From Polyangiaceae bacterium (lineage in GTDB: Bacteria > Myxococcota_A > Polyangia > Polyangiales > Polyangiaceae): a DNA stretch of 64,000 bases. Below the pieces are notes generated by a model. The model saw only the letters and a list, made by a program, of their open reading frames with translations, was not told where the DNA came from and did not search any database. The translations under genes were made by a program, and so were the position numbers. Shown here piece by piece: positions 10,210-20,859 of the stretch (position 1 is the stretch's first letter; each line of letters opens with the position of its first letter). Where the stretch lies: assembly GCA_035063585.1 (NCBI GenBank), contig JAPSGB010000015.1, forward strand, positions 33,360 to 97,359, given 5' to 3'.

Positions 10210-10845
10210 GTGGAGCTCGAAACGCTACTGTCGGTGTTCGCGCACCTGGGGGCGCGGTGGGTGTTCTGGTTGCTCGTCGCGATGTCGGTCGCCGGCGTCG
10301 CGGTCGCGTTCGAGCGTGCGGCGTTCCTGCTCGGAACGAGGGATGACGTCGGCCGCCTACGGGCCGATGTCGCGCGGTTGCTCGCGCGGGGGGACGTCGA
10401 GCTCGCACGGCGAAGGCTCGAGGAGTCGCCCGCCGTCGAGGCGCGCATCGCCCGCGCGGGGCTGTCGGCCGGGATGGCTGGCGCCGACGAGCGGATGCGC
10501 GCCGAGGAGCAGATGGCGCGCCTCGACATGGAGAAGCACCTGTCGATCCTCGGAACACTCGGCGCGAACGCCCCGTTCGTCGGGCTGCTCGGCACGGTCA
10601 TCGGCATCATCCGAGCGTTCCGCGAGCTCGAGGCGCACGGCGGGCTCGTCTCGTCGGGGCTGCTGACGGAGGTAGGCGAAGCGCTCGTCGCGACGGCGGT
10701 CGGCCTGCTCGTCGCGCTGCCCGCCATCGCGTTCTTCAACCTGTTCCAGCGAGTGATCCGCGCGCGGCTGGGGCGCGCACAGGCGCTCGGCTTCGAGGTG
10801 CTCGCCTTCCTCGCGGCACGCGCCGACGCGCGGGGGGCGGGCTGA
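10210..10845 (+). CDS. exbB: MotA/TolQ/ExbB proton channel
   Basis: 'LGTLGANAPFVGLLGTVIGII...EALVATAVGLLVALPA'. Confidence 0.92.
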   Translation: MELETLLSVFAHLGARWVFWLLVAMSVAGVAVAFERAAFLLGTRDDVGRLRADVARLLARGDVELARRRLEESPAVEARIARAGLSAGMAGADERMRAEEQMARLDMEKHLSILGTLGANAPFVGLLGTVIGIIRAFRELEAHGGLVSSGLLTEVGEALVATAVGLLVALPAIAFFNLFQRVIRARLGRAQALGFEVLAFLAARADARGAG

Positions 10846-10846
10846 C

Positions 10847-11260
10847 ATGGCCACGCAAGGCTCTGACGGAAGCGAGCTCATCACGGGCATCAACGTGACG
10901 CCGCTCGTAGACGTGATGCTCGTGCTGCTCGTGGTGCTCATGGTCACCGCCGGCGCGATCGCGGCGCGGTCGATCCCGGTCGACCTGCCGCGTGGCGCCA
11001 CCGGCGAGGCGACGCCTCGCTCGCTGGCCATCGTCGTCGAGGCGAACGGGCGCATGCTCGTCGACGGCGCCCCCGTCGATCCAGACGCGCTGCGCGCTCG
11101 CATTCGCCACGAGCGCGCGGTGGACGATGACCTGCTCGTCGTCGTGTCCGCCGACGGCGCGGCTCCGCACCGCGCGGTCGTCGCAGCGCTAGACACGGTC
11201 CGCGCCGAGGGGATCCGACGCCTCGGCATCGACGTGCGGCCCGATGCGACCGCGCGCTGA
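10847..11260 (+). CDS. exbD: ExbD/TolR biopolymer transporter
   Basis: 'INVTPLVDVMLVLLVVLMVT...IPVDLP'. Confidence 0.92.
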   Translation: MATQGSDGSELITGINVTPLVDVMLVLLVVLMVTAGAIAARSIPVDLPRGATGEATPRSLAIVVEANGRMLVDGAPVDPDALRARIRHERAVDDDLLVVVSADGAAPHRAVVAALDTVRAEGIRRLGIDVRPDATAR

Positions 11261-12002
11261 GCGCTCGTCGCACGCCTGGGGGGCGTGGGGTACGCTCGCG
11301 AGCGCAGGCGTGCATCTCGCCGCGCTCGCCGTGCTGGCTCGCCTGCCGGCGCCCCGCGTCGCACCACCCCCGCCGCGGCGGGTCGAGCTCGTGGCGCACG
11401 ATCCCCCGCGAGCCGAGCCTCCGCCGGCCGCGCCGGAGCCCGAGCCAGCGGTACGCCCGCCGACGGTACGCCCGCCGACGGTACGCCCGCCGACCGTACG
11501 CCCGCCGACGGTACGGCGAGCGCCGGCCGCCCGCGCCGCGCTCCCGCTCGCGCCCCCCGCGCCGGCAGACGGCCGGCTCGCACCCTCATCGGAGGTCGGC
11601 GAGCCGTTCCTTGGCGGATCGGGTAACGACTCGAGCGCCATCGATATCGGTTCACCCCCGCCCCCGCCTCGGCCTCCGCCTCGGCCTCCGCCTCCGCCCG
11701 TGGTCCCGCTCGCCTCGCTGTCGCGGAAGCCGTCGCCGCCCACCCTCGACGCTCGCCTCCGCGCGCACTACCCACCCGACGCGCGCCGCGAAGGGCGCAG
11801 CGGGAGCGCGAGGGTCATCGCCCGGATCGATCCGGACGGCGTCGCACGCGACCTGCGCATCATGTCCGCGAGCGAGCCCGCGTTCGGCGTCGCGTGTCGC
11901 GAGACCGTCGCCGGCTCGCGGTGGTCATCACCGATTGGGCCGGACGGCCAGCCCGTGGCGACCGAGGTTCGCTACCGCTGTCGATTCGAGGTAGAGCGTT
12001 GA
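11244..12002 (+). CDS. tonB: energy transducer TonB
   Basis: N-terminal TM with SxxxH motif, Pro-rich linker with VRPPT x4, and C-terminal 'YPPDARREGRSG' domain. Confidence 0.88.
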   Translation: MRPRAERSSHAWGAWGTLASAGVHLAALAVLARLPAPRVAPPPPRRVELVAHDPPRAEPPPAAPEPEPAVRPPTVRPPTVRPPTVRPPTVRRAPAARAALPLAPPAPADGRLAPSSEVGEPFLGGSGNDSSAIDIGSPPPPPRPPPRPPPPPVVPLASLSRKPSPPTLDARLRAHYPPDARREGRSGSARVIARIDPDGVARDLRIMSASEPAFGVACRETVAGSRWSSPIGPDGQPVATEVRYRCRFEVER

Positions 12003-12049
12003 CGCGCCGGATGAACGATCGCGCGGGCTGCGGGCACACTCGGGCGCCG

Positions 12050-13450
12050 ATGCGAGCCGCCGTCCCGATCCTCCTCCTCGCCCTGTCGCTCGCCACGCGC
12101 GCGGGCGCGGCTGATGCGTCGGCCATCTCGATCCGCGTCGATGACACCGCGGCGCACCTCGCGGCGGACGACGTCGAGACGGCCATCCGCCGGGAGCTCA
12201 TCGGGGCGCATGTGCGAGCCGGCGAGCTCACCGTCACCGTGCACGCGAATCGAACCGCGACACTCACCTTCCGCGGTGGCGACGGACACCCCCTCGAGCG
12301 CACGATCGCGCTGCCGGCGACGATGTCGGGCGCGCTCGAGGCGATCTCTCTCCTCGCGGGCAACCTCGCGCGCGACGAGGCGAGCGAGCTCGTGCCGCAC
12401 GCGCTCGCACCGCCGGAGTCGAGCGACGCCAAGCCGACACCACGCGAGCCCCCGCCGGCGCCGACCGCTCCCGCGCCCGCACCGTCCCCCTCCGCTGCGC
12501 GCCCATGGTCGCCCATCGGATTCGCGCTGTTCGACCCGCTCGCGCTGCCGCGCGACGCGCGCGAGAGGACAATCGCGCTCGAGCTGGGGCTCGCCTACGG
12601 CCGCATCGGCCGGCTCGGCGGCGTGGCTCTCGAGCTCGGGTACGGTCGCGTCGACGGGGACGTCGACGGCGTGCAGCTCGCCGGCATCTACCAGCGCGCA
12701 GACGGTGACACGTCCGGCGCCCGCCTCGCCGGCGTGGGCAACGAAGCGGGCGGACGGCTGCGCGGCTTCGAGGCGGCAGGAGTTCTCAACTGGCGGACAG
12801 GCGACGTCTATGGCGCGCAGACCTCCGCAGCGATCAATCGCGCGATCGACGTCTCGGGGGTGCAGGGCGCGGCCGCGGTGAACGTCGCGCGCGATCTCTC
12901 GGGTGTGCAGGCGAGCGCCGGCGTCAACGTCGCCAGCGGTGACGTCTTCGGTGCGCAGCTCGGCCTGGTCAACGTCGGTGGACACGTGCGCGGCACGCAG
13001 ATTGGCCTCGTCAACGTCGCCGAGCGCGTCGACGGCCTCCCGGTCGGCCTCGTGAACGTCGTCGCTCAGGGGCGAACGCAGGCGCTCGCGTGGGTGAGCC
13101 AGGGCGCCATGGTGAACGCTGCCGTGAAGTACCTGAACGGTCCGGCGTACTCGATGATCGTCGGCGCCTACCGTCGAGACGGCACCGTCGACGAGTCCTT
13201 CGCCGGGTTCGCGCTCGGCGCTCGCGTGGGCTCCGGACGTCCGTACGTCGAAGCAGACGTCCTCTATATCTACGGCGGCCCTAGGAGTCTCGACGACGGC
13301 GGCCGACACGCCCTCCGTTACCGCGCTCACCTTGGCTTCGAAGTTACCAAGTTCCTTGCTGTTTTCGCCGGAGGTGCCGCGCGTCAGGAGATCGAGACGA
13401 GCGATCGCCATCTGCAGCCTGACTTCCAGGCGGGCGTCGCGCTATTCTGA
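12050..13450 (+). CDS. secreted/outer-membrane protein with GxQ(L/I)GxVN beta-solenoid repeats
   Basis: Signal peptide, repeats 'GVQLAG/GAQLGLVN/GTQIGLVNVA', and C-terminal Phe. Confidence 0.75.
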   Translation: MRAAVPILLLALSLATRAGAADASAISIRVDDTAAHLAADDVETAIRRELIGAHVRAGELTVTVHANRTATLTFRGGDGHPLERTIALPATMSGALEAISLLAGNLARDEASELVPHALAPPESSDAKPTPREPPPAPTAPAPAPSPSAARPWSPIGFALFDPLALPRDARERTIALELGLAYGRIGRLGGVALELGYGRVDGDVDGVQLAGIYQRADGDTSGARLAGVGNEAGGRLRGFEAAGVLNWRTGDVYGAQTSAAINRAIDVSGVQGAAAVNVARDLSGVQASAGVNVASGDVFGAQLGLVNVGGHVRGTQIGLVNVAERVDGLPVGLVNVVAQGRTQALAWVSQGAMVNAAVKYLNGPAYSMIVGAYRRDGTVDESFAGFALGARVGSGRPYVEADVLYIYGGPRSLDDGGRHALRYRAHLGFEVTKFLAVFAGGAARQEIETSDRHLQPDFQAGVALF

Positions 13451-13531
13451 CCCATTCTTGCGCGACCCCGGCTCGCCGACGTCCGAAGGCCTTGAACGGA
13501 ACGGGGGCGAGCGGGCACGAAGCTCCGACCC

Positions 13532-14128
13532 ATGTCGATGATGCAGGTGCAGGTGCCCTGTGCAGCCGCTGCCGACGCCGACGCTGACGGCGAGCACGCG
13601 CTCCTCGAGCGGCTGGCCCGCGCGGACCCGCAGGCGATCGGCGCGGCGTACGACCGGCACCACGCTCACCTGCGCGCCTTCGCGCGGCGCCTGCTCGGCG
13701 ACGCCGCCGCCGCGGAGGATCTCGTGCACGAAGTGTTCATCACCCTCCCGCGTGCGATCGCGCGCTTCCGTGGGGGCGCGTGCCTGCGCACGTTCCTCGT
13801 CTCCATCGCCGTGAACCACGCGCGCCACCACATCCGTTCGGCTATCCGACGGCGCGCTGCCGCCGAACGCTTCGCGCTCGAGCCCACGTCCGCCGCCGCC
13901 GATCCCGAGCGAGCCACCGCGCGCGCAGAGCTCGCGGACACCCTCACCCGCGCGCTCGACGAACTCCCGCTCGCCCAGCGCGTCGCGTTCGTGCTCTGCG
14001 AGGTCGAGGAGCGCACCTCGGTCGAGGTCGCGACCATCGTCGGAGCGCCCGAGGCGACCGTGCGCACACGCCTGTTCCATGCGAAGAAGAAGCTGCGAGC
14101 AGCGCTCGAGCAGGAGGGGCTCCGATGA
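13532..14128 (+). CDS. ECF RNA polymerase sigma factor
   Basis: 'AEDLVHEVF', 'FRGGACLRTFL', 'TVRTRLFHAKKKL'. Confidence 0.92.
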   Translation: MSMMQVQVPCAAAADADADGEHALLERLARADPQAIGAAYDRHHAHLRAFARRLLGDAAAAEDLVHEVFITLPRAIARFRGGACLRTFLVSIAVNHARHHIRSAIRRRAAAERFALEPTSAAADPERATARAELADTLTRALDELPLAQRVAFVLCEVEERTSVEVATIVGAPEATVRTRLFHAKKKLRAALEQEGLR

Positions 14129-14931
14129 GCGACGATCTGCTCGAGCGCGCTGCGCGCGCGCTCGCCGACACGGACCCAGCGCCCAGGGACCAGATCGACG
14201 CGACGCGTACGCGCATCATGGCGGCACTCCACCACGAGCGCCGGCGACGTACGACGATCGTCTCGTTTCTCTTGCCGATCGCAGCCGTGCTCGTGGGCTC
14301 GACGGCGTGGGCCGCAGCGAACGGGCGGCTGCCCGCGCTCAGCGCGATTTTCCGTGGTGAGGCGACGCCGGCCGCGCGCGTTCTTCCCCGTTCGAACGCC
14401 CCGCATCCGACGACGCGGGCTCCGTCACCCGTGGCGATGCCCACGTCGGCCGCAGCGCTGACGCAGGCGGTCGAGACGCGCGCTCCAAGCCCCATCGAGA
14501 CGCCGGCACCGACCGCGACCGCTGCCGCCCCGCGGATCGAAGCCCCTGCCCCGGGTCGCGCCGACGCGGGCGCTCCGGCCGCGCCTTCCGTGCTGCCCGC
14601 CACGACGACCTCTCCGACGCAGACGACCGCGCCCCGACTGGCCGGGCCGGACGATGGCGACGACCTGTACCGCGCCGCCCACCAAGCGCACTTCGTCGCG
14701 CATGACCCCGTGAAGGCGCTCGCCGCATGGGACGCCTACCTCGCCGTCGCCCCGCGCGGACGCTTCGTGCCCGAGGCGCGCTACAATCGGGGGCTAGCGC
14801 TCGTTCGCCTCGGGCGCATGGCCGAGGCGCGCGCGGCGCTCGAGCCGTTCGCGCGTGGCGCCTACGGCACCTACCGGAGCGACGAGGCGCAGAGGCTGCT
14901 CGACGGCCTGTCGCCAAGAGAGACCCAGTAG
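14125..14931 (+). CDS. probable anti-sigma factor (TM, Pro/Ala linker, C-terminal TPR-like)
   Basis: Translationally coupled to the sigma gene, 'GSTAWA' TM motif, 'YLAVAPRGRFVPEARYNR'. Confidence 0.75.
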   Translation: MSDDLLERAARALADTDPAPRDQIDATRTRIMAALHHERRRRTTIVSFLLPIAAVLVGSTAWAAANGRLPALSAIFRGEATPAARVLPRSNAPHPTTRAPSPVAMPTSAAALTQAVETRAPSPIETPAPTATAAAPRIEAPAPGRADAGAPAAPSVLPATTTSPTQTTAPRLAGPDDGDDLYRAAHQAHFVAHDPVKALAAWDAYLAVAPRGRFVPEARYNRGLALVRLGRMAEARAALEPFARGAYGTYRSDEAQRLLDGLSPRETQ

Positions 14932-15014
14932 CCGAAGGCGCTCGAGCCTCGTCGATCCGTCGACGAACCTCTCCCTCTGGCGTCGAGAAGGCCCGCGCCT
15001 CCCCGCCCCGGAAG

Positions 15015-15458
15015 AGCGTGGTCTTCCGGACCCCACCCCACGCGGTGCTCGACTTCGTCGCCGACGACGCGGACGTGGGGCGCGTACGGCAGGCGCTCGT
15101 CCCGATCTTCGATCAGTTCAGCGTCGATCTCGTCATCGGCGGGCACGATCACGGCTACGAGCGGAGCAAGCCGCTCCGCGGGCCCGCCGAGAACCCGATG
15201 GTCGAGTCGTCGTCCTCGATGGGCACGATCTACGTCGTCTCCGCCGGCGCCGGCGCGGATCCCCACTCGCCCGGCAGCGACCGGGCGCCCTACCGCGAGA
15301 TGAGCGCCGCCTTCGGGGGATCCACCGGCTACGCCGGGCTCTGCACGCTCCTCCGCCTCGACGGTACGACCCCCACCGTCACGACCCACGGGCTCGAGGC
15401 GAGCTCGTCGAACGTGCTGGCCGACGGGGTGATCGACTCGTTCACGGCTACGCGCTGA
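15015..15458 (+). pseudogene. purple acid phosphatase/metallophosphoesterase C-terminal fragment
   Basis: 'LVPIFDQFSVDLVIGGHDHGYERS...GTIYVVSAGAG' with no N-terminal half. Confidence 0.7.
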
Positions 15459-15507
15459 CCTCGTGGAGAGCCTTCGCCGTTCGCGACGACGACGGGCCCG
15501 AACTTGC

Positions 15508-17676
15508 TCAGAGGGCCTTGGCCCATCGCGCGGCGCAGCCCAAGACCCAGGCCTCGAACGTGGCGGCGTCGGGCAGCGCGCTACGGGTGACCTGGACCGT
15601 CACGCGGCCCGGGCTCACGCGGAGGGCGGTCACCGGGGGACCGAAGACGCTCGCGTGCCAGGGGCCGCTCGGCGGCGGCTGCGAGCCGAAGAGGCGCGAG
15701 AGCAGCCCCGGCGCCTCGGACGGCTCAGGCTCCGGTTCGGGCGCGGGAGACTCGGCGGCCGCAATCGACACCTCGTACAAGGTCACGCCGCGAGGCACGA
15801 CGCGCAGGTGCATCCGGACGCCGGCGCGCTCGACGTGCACGCCGCAGCCGTCGTCGTCGAGCAGCGCGCCGGGCGCGTCGCGGTAGGGGGTCTGGACCGC
15901 GCGCCCGCCGATCTCGTGGAGCAGGGCGCGGACGGGCGCGAGCTCGTCCGAGCGGGCGCGCTGCCGGGTGAGGGCAGGTGAGGGCGGCACCGCGCGGAGC
16001 TCGGCCGAGCCGTCCTCGAAGCCGATGGCGACACGCTCGCGGCCCGCGCGGTGGACCGAGCACACCGGGCGATCGCACTCGATGGTCGCGGCGTCGCCGC
16101 CGTCGAGATCGAGGACGTCGACCTGGCTCGCGCCGAACGGCACCGTCGCGACGCGCCGGTCCTCGAGCATCGCCAGGCTCTCCAGCAGCGGCGACCTCAG
16201 CGAGGCGACGATCGAGCCGTCCGGGACGCGGAGCACTTCGACGATGCCGGTCGTGTGGTGGGCGAGGTGCGGCGCGTCCGGCGCGAACGACGGGTGACCC
16301 TTGGACGGCCGCGTGAGCGTGGCCGCCCCGGAGTCGCAGTCGAACACGACGAGCTCGCCGGCGCGCGCGACGGCGGCGAACGCGCCGTCCTTGGAGACCG
16401 CAAGCCCGACGCGCTCGACGTCGAACGTGGCGGGGCGATCGCGGAGCACCTTCCGCTCGACGCCTGCCCCGTCGCAGAGCGCCACCCGCCCCGACGCGGT
16501 CGCGACCACGAGGTCGTCGCCGGCGTACGCGGCGGCGATTGTCCCGCTGCCGAGCTTGGTCTCGTCGTGAAGCTCGCCCGTGCGCGCGTCGTAGATGCGG
16601 ACCGTGCCGTCGCTCGCCGTGGCGACGCGCCCGGACCCGCGCGAGATCGACACGGAGTCGAGCGGCATCGCGGCGTCTCCTTCCAGCGTCCGGACGTGCG
16701 TCCCGTCGAGCGTCCAGACGTGGGCGGCGTCGTCGAAGCACGCGGCCGTCACGAGAAAGGTCGCGTCGGGCGCGACCGCGATCGCCGAGACGCCGTCGTC
16801 GTGCCCCGGCGGGCGCTCCGCCCACGTCCCCGCGGCCGGATCGACGAGGTGAACGGCGTGGTGCCGCGAGAGCGCGACGCGATCCCCGACGAACGCGACG
16901 TGGCTCCACGAGCCGCGTCGCTCCACGGTAAAGAGCTCGCGCCCGTCGAGGTCGAGGACGTGAAGCCCGTCGTACCGCGCGAGCGCGATGCGCGACCCGT
17001 CGGCCGAAATGGCGAGATCGTCGAAGTCGCCGACCCGCGCGCTGCGCTCGACCGCGCCGTCGATCGTGACGAGCAGGATCTCACGGCTCACGTCGCGCGC
17101 GACCAGGACCTTCGTGGGGTCGGGCAGGCAGAGCACGCGTACGCCCGCCCCGCTGCTGGGCACCGGGAGATCGCGTCGCTTGCCCGTCGCCAGCTCGACG
17201 ACCTGGGCACGCCCGTCCCAGCCCACCGCGAGGCGCGCGCCGTCATGCGAGAAGGCGAGCGACCGCACCTCCGGCTCGATCCCTACCACGGTGCGAACGA
17301 CCTCGCCGGCCGGGCTCAGCACAGAAGCCCCGCCGTCTTCGGTCTTCACCGCGACGAAACCCGTCGCGCGGCAGATCGCCACAGGCGTGTGCATGCTCCG
17401 GCCGACGACCTCCATGGCGCCGTCGTGAAACCGCCAGCGGTACAGCGCGCCATAGGCCAAGAGCAGCGCGTCGCCCTCGAAGACCAGGCCGTAGGCCCCC
17501 TCGGTGGTGTGCGCCACGACCCGCGATGACGCGGCGTCCCAGACGGTCGTGCCGCGCGCGGACCCCGCGGCGAGGAGCGCGCCGTCCGGCGACGCTGCGA
17601 TCGCGTTCACGTCGTCAGCGAGGTGAAGCAGGTCGTGGCCGAAGCGCGGCAATTCTACTCTCCGGTCAAGGCGCAC
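15508..17676 (-). CDS. WD40-repeat protein
   Basis: Multiple 'V.sla.SpDG..lasgs.Dgtv.vWd' repeats (e.g. 'GHDDGVSAIAVAPD'). Confidence 0.85.
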   Translation of the reverse strand: MRLDRRVELPRFGHDLLHLADDVNAIAASPDGALLAAGSARGTTVWDAASSRVVAHTTEGAYGLVFEGDALLLAYGALYRWRFHDGAMEVVGRSMHTPVAICRATGFVAVKTEDGGASVLSPAGEVVRTVVGIEPEVRSLAFSHDGARLAVGWDGRAQVVELATGKRRDLPVPSSGAGVRVLCLPDPTKVLVARDVSREILLVTIDGAVERSARVGDFDDLAISADGSRIALARYDGLHVLDLDGRELFTVERRGSWSHVAFVGDRVALSRHHAVHLVDPAAGTWAERPPGHDDGVSAIAVAPDATFLVTAACFDDAAHVWTLDGTHVRTLEGDAAMPLDSVSISRGSGRVATASDGTVRIYDARTGELHDETKLGSGTIAAAYAGDDLVVATASGRVALCDGAGVERKVLRDRPATFDVERVGLAVSKDGAFAAVARAGELVVFDCDSGAATLTRPSKGHPSFAPDAPHLAHHTTGIVEVLRVPDGSIVASLRSPLLESLAMLEDRRVATVPFGASQVDVLDLDGGDAATIECDRPVCSVHRAGRERVAIGFEDGSAELRAVPPSPALTRQRARSDELAPVRALLHEIGGRAVQTPYRDAPGALLDDDGCGVHVERAGVRMHLRVVPRGVTLYEVSIAAAESPAPEPEPEPSEAPGLLSRLFGSQPPPSGPWHASVFGPPVTALRVSPGRVTVQVTRSALPDAATFEAWVLGCAARWAKAL

Positions 17677-18151
17677 CTGGAAGGTTGCCGCCCACGCTCG
17701 GCGAGCGTGAAGCTCGCCATCTGCTGGAGTCGCCGCGGCGACCGAATCCGCTCATGCTAACGGCGCGCCCGCTCTCGCGTCCACTGCGCGCGAGATCTCC
17801 GGTCATCGGTGCATCACCAGCGCCGCTCCGCCGGAACCGCCCGTGGCGCCGCCGCGTCGTTGTCCGCCCCGCGGGACGCACCCAAGCGGGCTGTCTGCGT
17901 GCGACCCCGAGTCGCGCAGACCGGCGCTCGGTCGAGCGCGGTGACTTGCGGCGTCCTCATGGACCGAAGGATGCCGGTCCGGCGCGGAGCAGCGGGTGGC
18001 CGACAGCGCGGCGTGAGGCAGCAAGGCCGTCGCGTGGCCCGCGACGGCTACGGCTGCACCGAAGGGCAGCGCGCCGTTCGAGCGGCGAGCGCGACCACGC
18101 ACTGACGACGCGCCGCCAGCGAGCAGCTGGCCACGTGCGACCGCCACCAGG

Positions 18152-19762
18152 TTAGTTGGGCGGATACGACTCGTGGTCAAACTCCGCGCCGACGACCGCC
18201 ACGGCGTGCAGGTCGTCGCTCACGCGCACGATGACGTCACAGAGCTCGAGTTTGGCCACCCATTCAGGAGGGAGACGCTCCTCGCCCCACGCGGCGCCCA
18301 GCAGATTGCCGGCGAGGCTCGCCGTGCTGTCGCTATCGCCGCCATGAGCCGCGGCGCGCCAGAGCGCAGCCCTCATCGCGCCCCGGCCGGGCCTCCCCGC
18401 GCTGAGCACGCACGCGAGCGCGATGGCGAGCGCTTCCTCGGCCACCCACCCGCCGCCCAAAGACTCGATGCTCTCGGCGCTCGGAGCGCCGCCGGCGGCG
18501 ACCGCGCGGGCCCTGTCGACCGCAGCGCGCACCTCTTCGAAGCCGCGCTCGCGCGCGAGCAGCCGGTCGGCGTGGGCCAGCGCGGACGCAAGCCCCACGC
18601 CCCGCGAAAGATCGTGGACCAGCGCCGCGAAGTACGCGGCCGCGAGGTAGCCGCTCGGGTGGCCGTGCGTCGTCAGCGCAGAGTCGCGCGCGCTCTCGAA
18701 GGCTCGTTCGCGCGTGCTCGCCGCGAGCCCGAAGGGCGCAGAGCGCATGATGGCGCCGCAGCCCTTGCTGTGGTTGGGCGCGGCTTCGAGCGTGGGAGTC
18801 CAGAAGCGTCTCGCTTGCTGGCCGAGGGCCCCGAGGTTCGTTGTGCCGGGAGCGCGTCGCACGTGCAGGCGCCGGTCCCCGATGAGCCACCCCGACTCGC
18901 CGGACGGCACGACCATGAGCCCGGGCGTCTGCGTCGCCCGCCACCGCAGCAGGGCCCGCTGCACGACGTTCACGACCGACGCGATCCCGCGGTCGTTCCA
19001 GCGTTGGATGGCGCGGATCACGCCCTCGGCGACGAACAGGGTCATCTGCGTGTCGTCCGAGACGTGCGCACCCGGGGATACCGCGCCGGACCGGAGCTCG
19101 ATCGAAGCGCGTGGCTCGAACTCGATGGGATAGCCGAGGGCGTCGCCGAGCGCGCCGGCGAGCAGCGCGCCGCGGAAGCGAGACACCGACGGAACGCGTG
19201 CGATTGTCGCCGTGCGCGTGGCGCGTGCGGCATAGTCCGCGAGATAGCGCTCTTGCGCTGGCGTCTCGACGGCGCCCGGGCGCGCGGCGCGAGCCGCTCG
19301 GAGCGCGCTGGCGGGCGTGTGGCCGCGGGTGACGAGGCAGGCCGCGGCGACGAGCCCGGTGCGTCCCAGGCCTCCGCGGCAATGGATGACGATGTTCCAG
19401 CCGTCGGTCGCGCGCGCGACGATGTCGGCGACGAGCGCGTCGAAGGTCGCGCTCGACGCCGGCACGCCGCCGTCGGCGATCGGGAAGCGTACGAGGTCGA
19501 GGCCGTGACGGGCACACGCGGCGGGCAGCGCGCCGATGCCGAGGGCGTCGAGCTCGTGATCCTCGACCAACGAGACGAGCACGCCCGCGCGAAATACGTT
19601 CCGGATTCGGTCGAGGTCCGCTTCCAGGGATCGATCCCACCGGCCGCTCGCGCCGGGCGCCTTCTTGCCCGGCGCCAGGGTCATGCCCACCCGACCGCGC
19701 AGGTCGAGCGCGGCGACCGGGAGGAAGTCCACGCGGAGCGGGCTGGTTTCGGAGGTCTTCAT
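18152..19762 (-). CDS. dual-specificity (CDKN3-like) phosphatase fused to ADP-ribosylglycohydrolase
   Basis: N-terminal 'GMTLAPGKK...HCRGGLGRTG...AVETPAQ'. C-terminal 'GDALG', 'SDDTQMT', 'SKGCGAIMR', 'THGH', 'GDSDSTAS'. Confidence 0.9.
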   Translation of the reverse strand: MKTSETSPLRVDFLPVAALDLRGRVGMTLAPGKKAPGASGRWDRSLEADLDRIRNVFRAGVLVSLVEDHELDALGIGALPAACARHGLDLVRFPIADGGVPASSATFDALVADIVARATDGWNIVIHCRGGLGRTGLVAAACLVTRGHTPASALRAARAARPGAVETPAQERYLADYAARATRTATIARVPSVSRFRGALLAGALGDALGYPIEFEPRASIELRSGAVSPGAHVSDDTQMTLFVAEGVIRAIQRWNDRGIASVVNVVQRALLRWRATQTPGLMVVPSGESGWLIGDRRLHVRRAPGTTNLGALGQQARRFWTPTLEAAPNHSKGCGAIMRSAPFGLAASTRERAFESARDSALTTHGHPSGYLAAAYFAALVHDLSRGVGLASALAHADRLLARERGFEEVRAAVDRARAVAAGGAPSAESIESLGGGWVAEEALAIALACVLSAGRPGRGAMRAALWRAAAHGGDSDSTASLAGNLLGAAWGEERLPPEWVAKLELCDVIVRVSDDLHAVAVVGAEFDHESYPPN

Positions 19763-20009
19763 GGGCCTAATGGTGGTCCGCGGCTGCGACGTGTCTCGTC
19801 GCACCCGAGACGGAGCCCTTCGACTCGACGCGCGCGAGCCCGCGGCGCAGCACCGCGGGGTGGTGGGCGGCCAGGTGCGCGATCTCGCAGGTGATGAGCG
19901 CTCGTGCGGTCGCGTGGCTCTTCGAGAAGGTGCAGGCCACGAGCTCGAGGTCCGCGAGCGGCCCGGTCCGACGACGGGGCGGCGCACGCATCAGGCGCGG
20001 CCGCATGCC

Positions 20010-20554
20010 GCACCCGACTTCGTGACCGAGGGCCGTGCCGCCATCCTCCTTGGCAAGCCCGGTCGCGGCACGACGCACCTCGCGATCGCCATCGCGTGCA
20101 GGGCGCTGCAGAACGGATTCGACGCGCGGTTCGCTACCGCCGCCGAGCTCATCGATGAACTCTCCGTCGCGAGTCGCGCAGGCCGCATGCGCGACGCTCT
20201 CGCCCCCTACTTGGGCCCACACGTGCTAGTCGCGGACGAGGTCGGCTAGTCGAGCTACGGCGCCGACGCGGCCAACGTCCTCTACCACGTGGTCGACGAG
20301 CGCCACATCAGGCGACGCGCCATGGTGTCACCACGAACAAGCCCTCCAAGCGCTGGGGCGAGGTGCTTCACGCGGACGACCTGGCCGACCCCATCGCCGA
20401 TCGTATCCTCGAGCGAGGTCGCCTCCTACGCCTCGACGGCCCGTCCGTAAGGACCAAGCACATCCCCGTCGACGAGCGCGCCGGCGGCGAACAGGTTGAC
20501 CCGGGAAACCGTAGATTTTCCGGAATCGCCGCCGCAGAATTTCCGGAACGCACA
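20010..20554 (+). mobile_element. istB: IS21-family remnant: istB pseudogene plus right end
   Basis: Degenerate Walker A 'GKPGRGTTHLA', Walker B 'LVADEVG*', 'TTNK', 'DRILERG...LDGPSVR', with a stop and a frameshift. The end carries two 'ga(t/a)tttccggaa' repeats and terminal CA. Confidence 0.85.
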
Positions 20555-20711
20555 TGGTTCGCATCAGCTCGGCCCCAGGAGGAATGCTCGCAAGCAAGAC
20601 GAGCTTCCTCCTCAGGTCTGCCAGTGCCACATCGCGCTCTGCGCAGGCTTCCGCGTAGCGCCGTTGCGCAACGAGCTGCGCCTCAATCGTGCGCCACAGA
20701 TCGCAACGAAG

Positions 20712-20859
20712 GAGCCTAGGTGATCCAATGCCGTTCGCGATCGCGACGAGCGCGCCGGGGCGCGCCCGTCATACGGTCCGGACACCGTGGCACGCCGGTA
20801 GAAGCCCAGCATCGTCTTACCTGATCGCGGCTGATGCGATTTCACGCGCTGGGCCGCTG
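20712..20859. repeat. 148-bp dispersed repeat, copy 1 (MITE-like)
   Basis: Gapless match to 22773-22920 with 16 mismatches by manual alignment. Confidence 0.9.
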
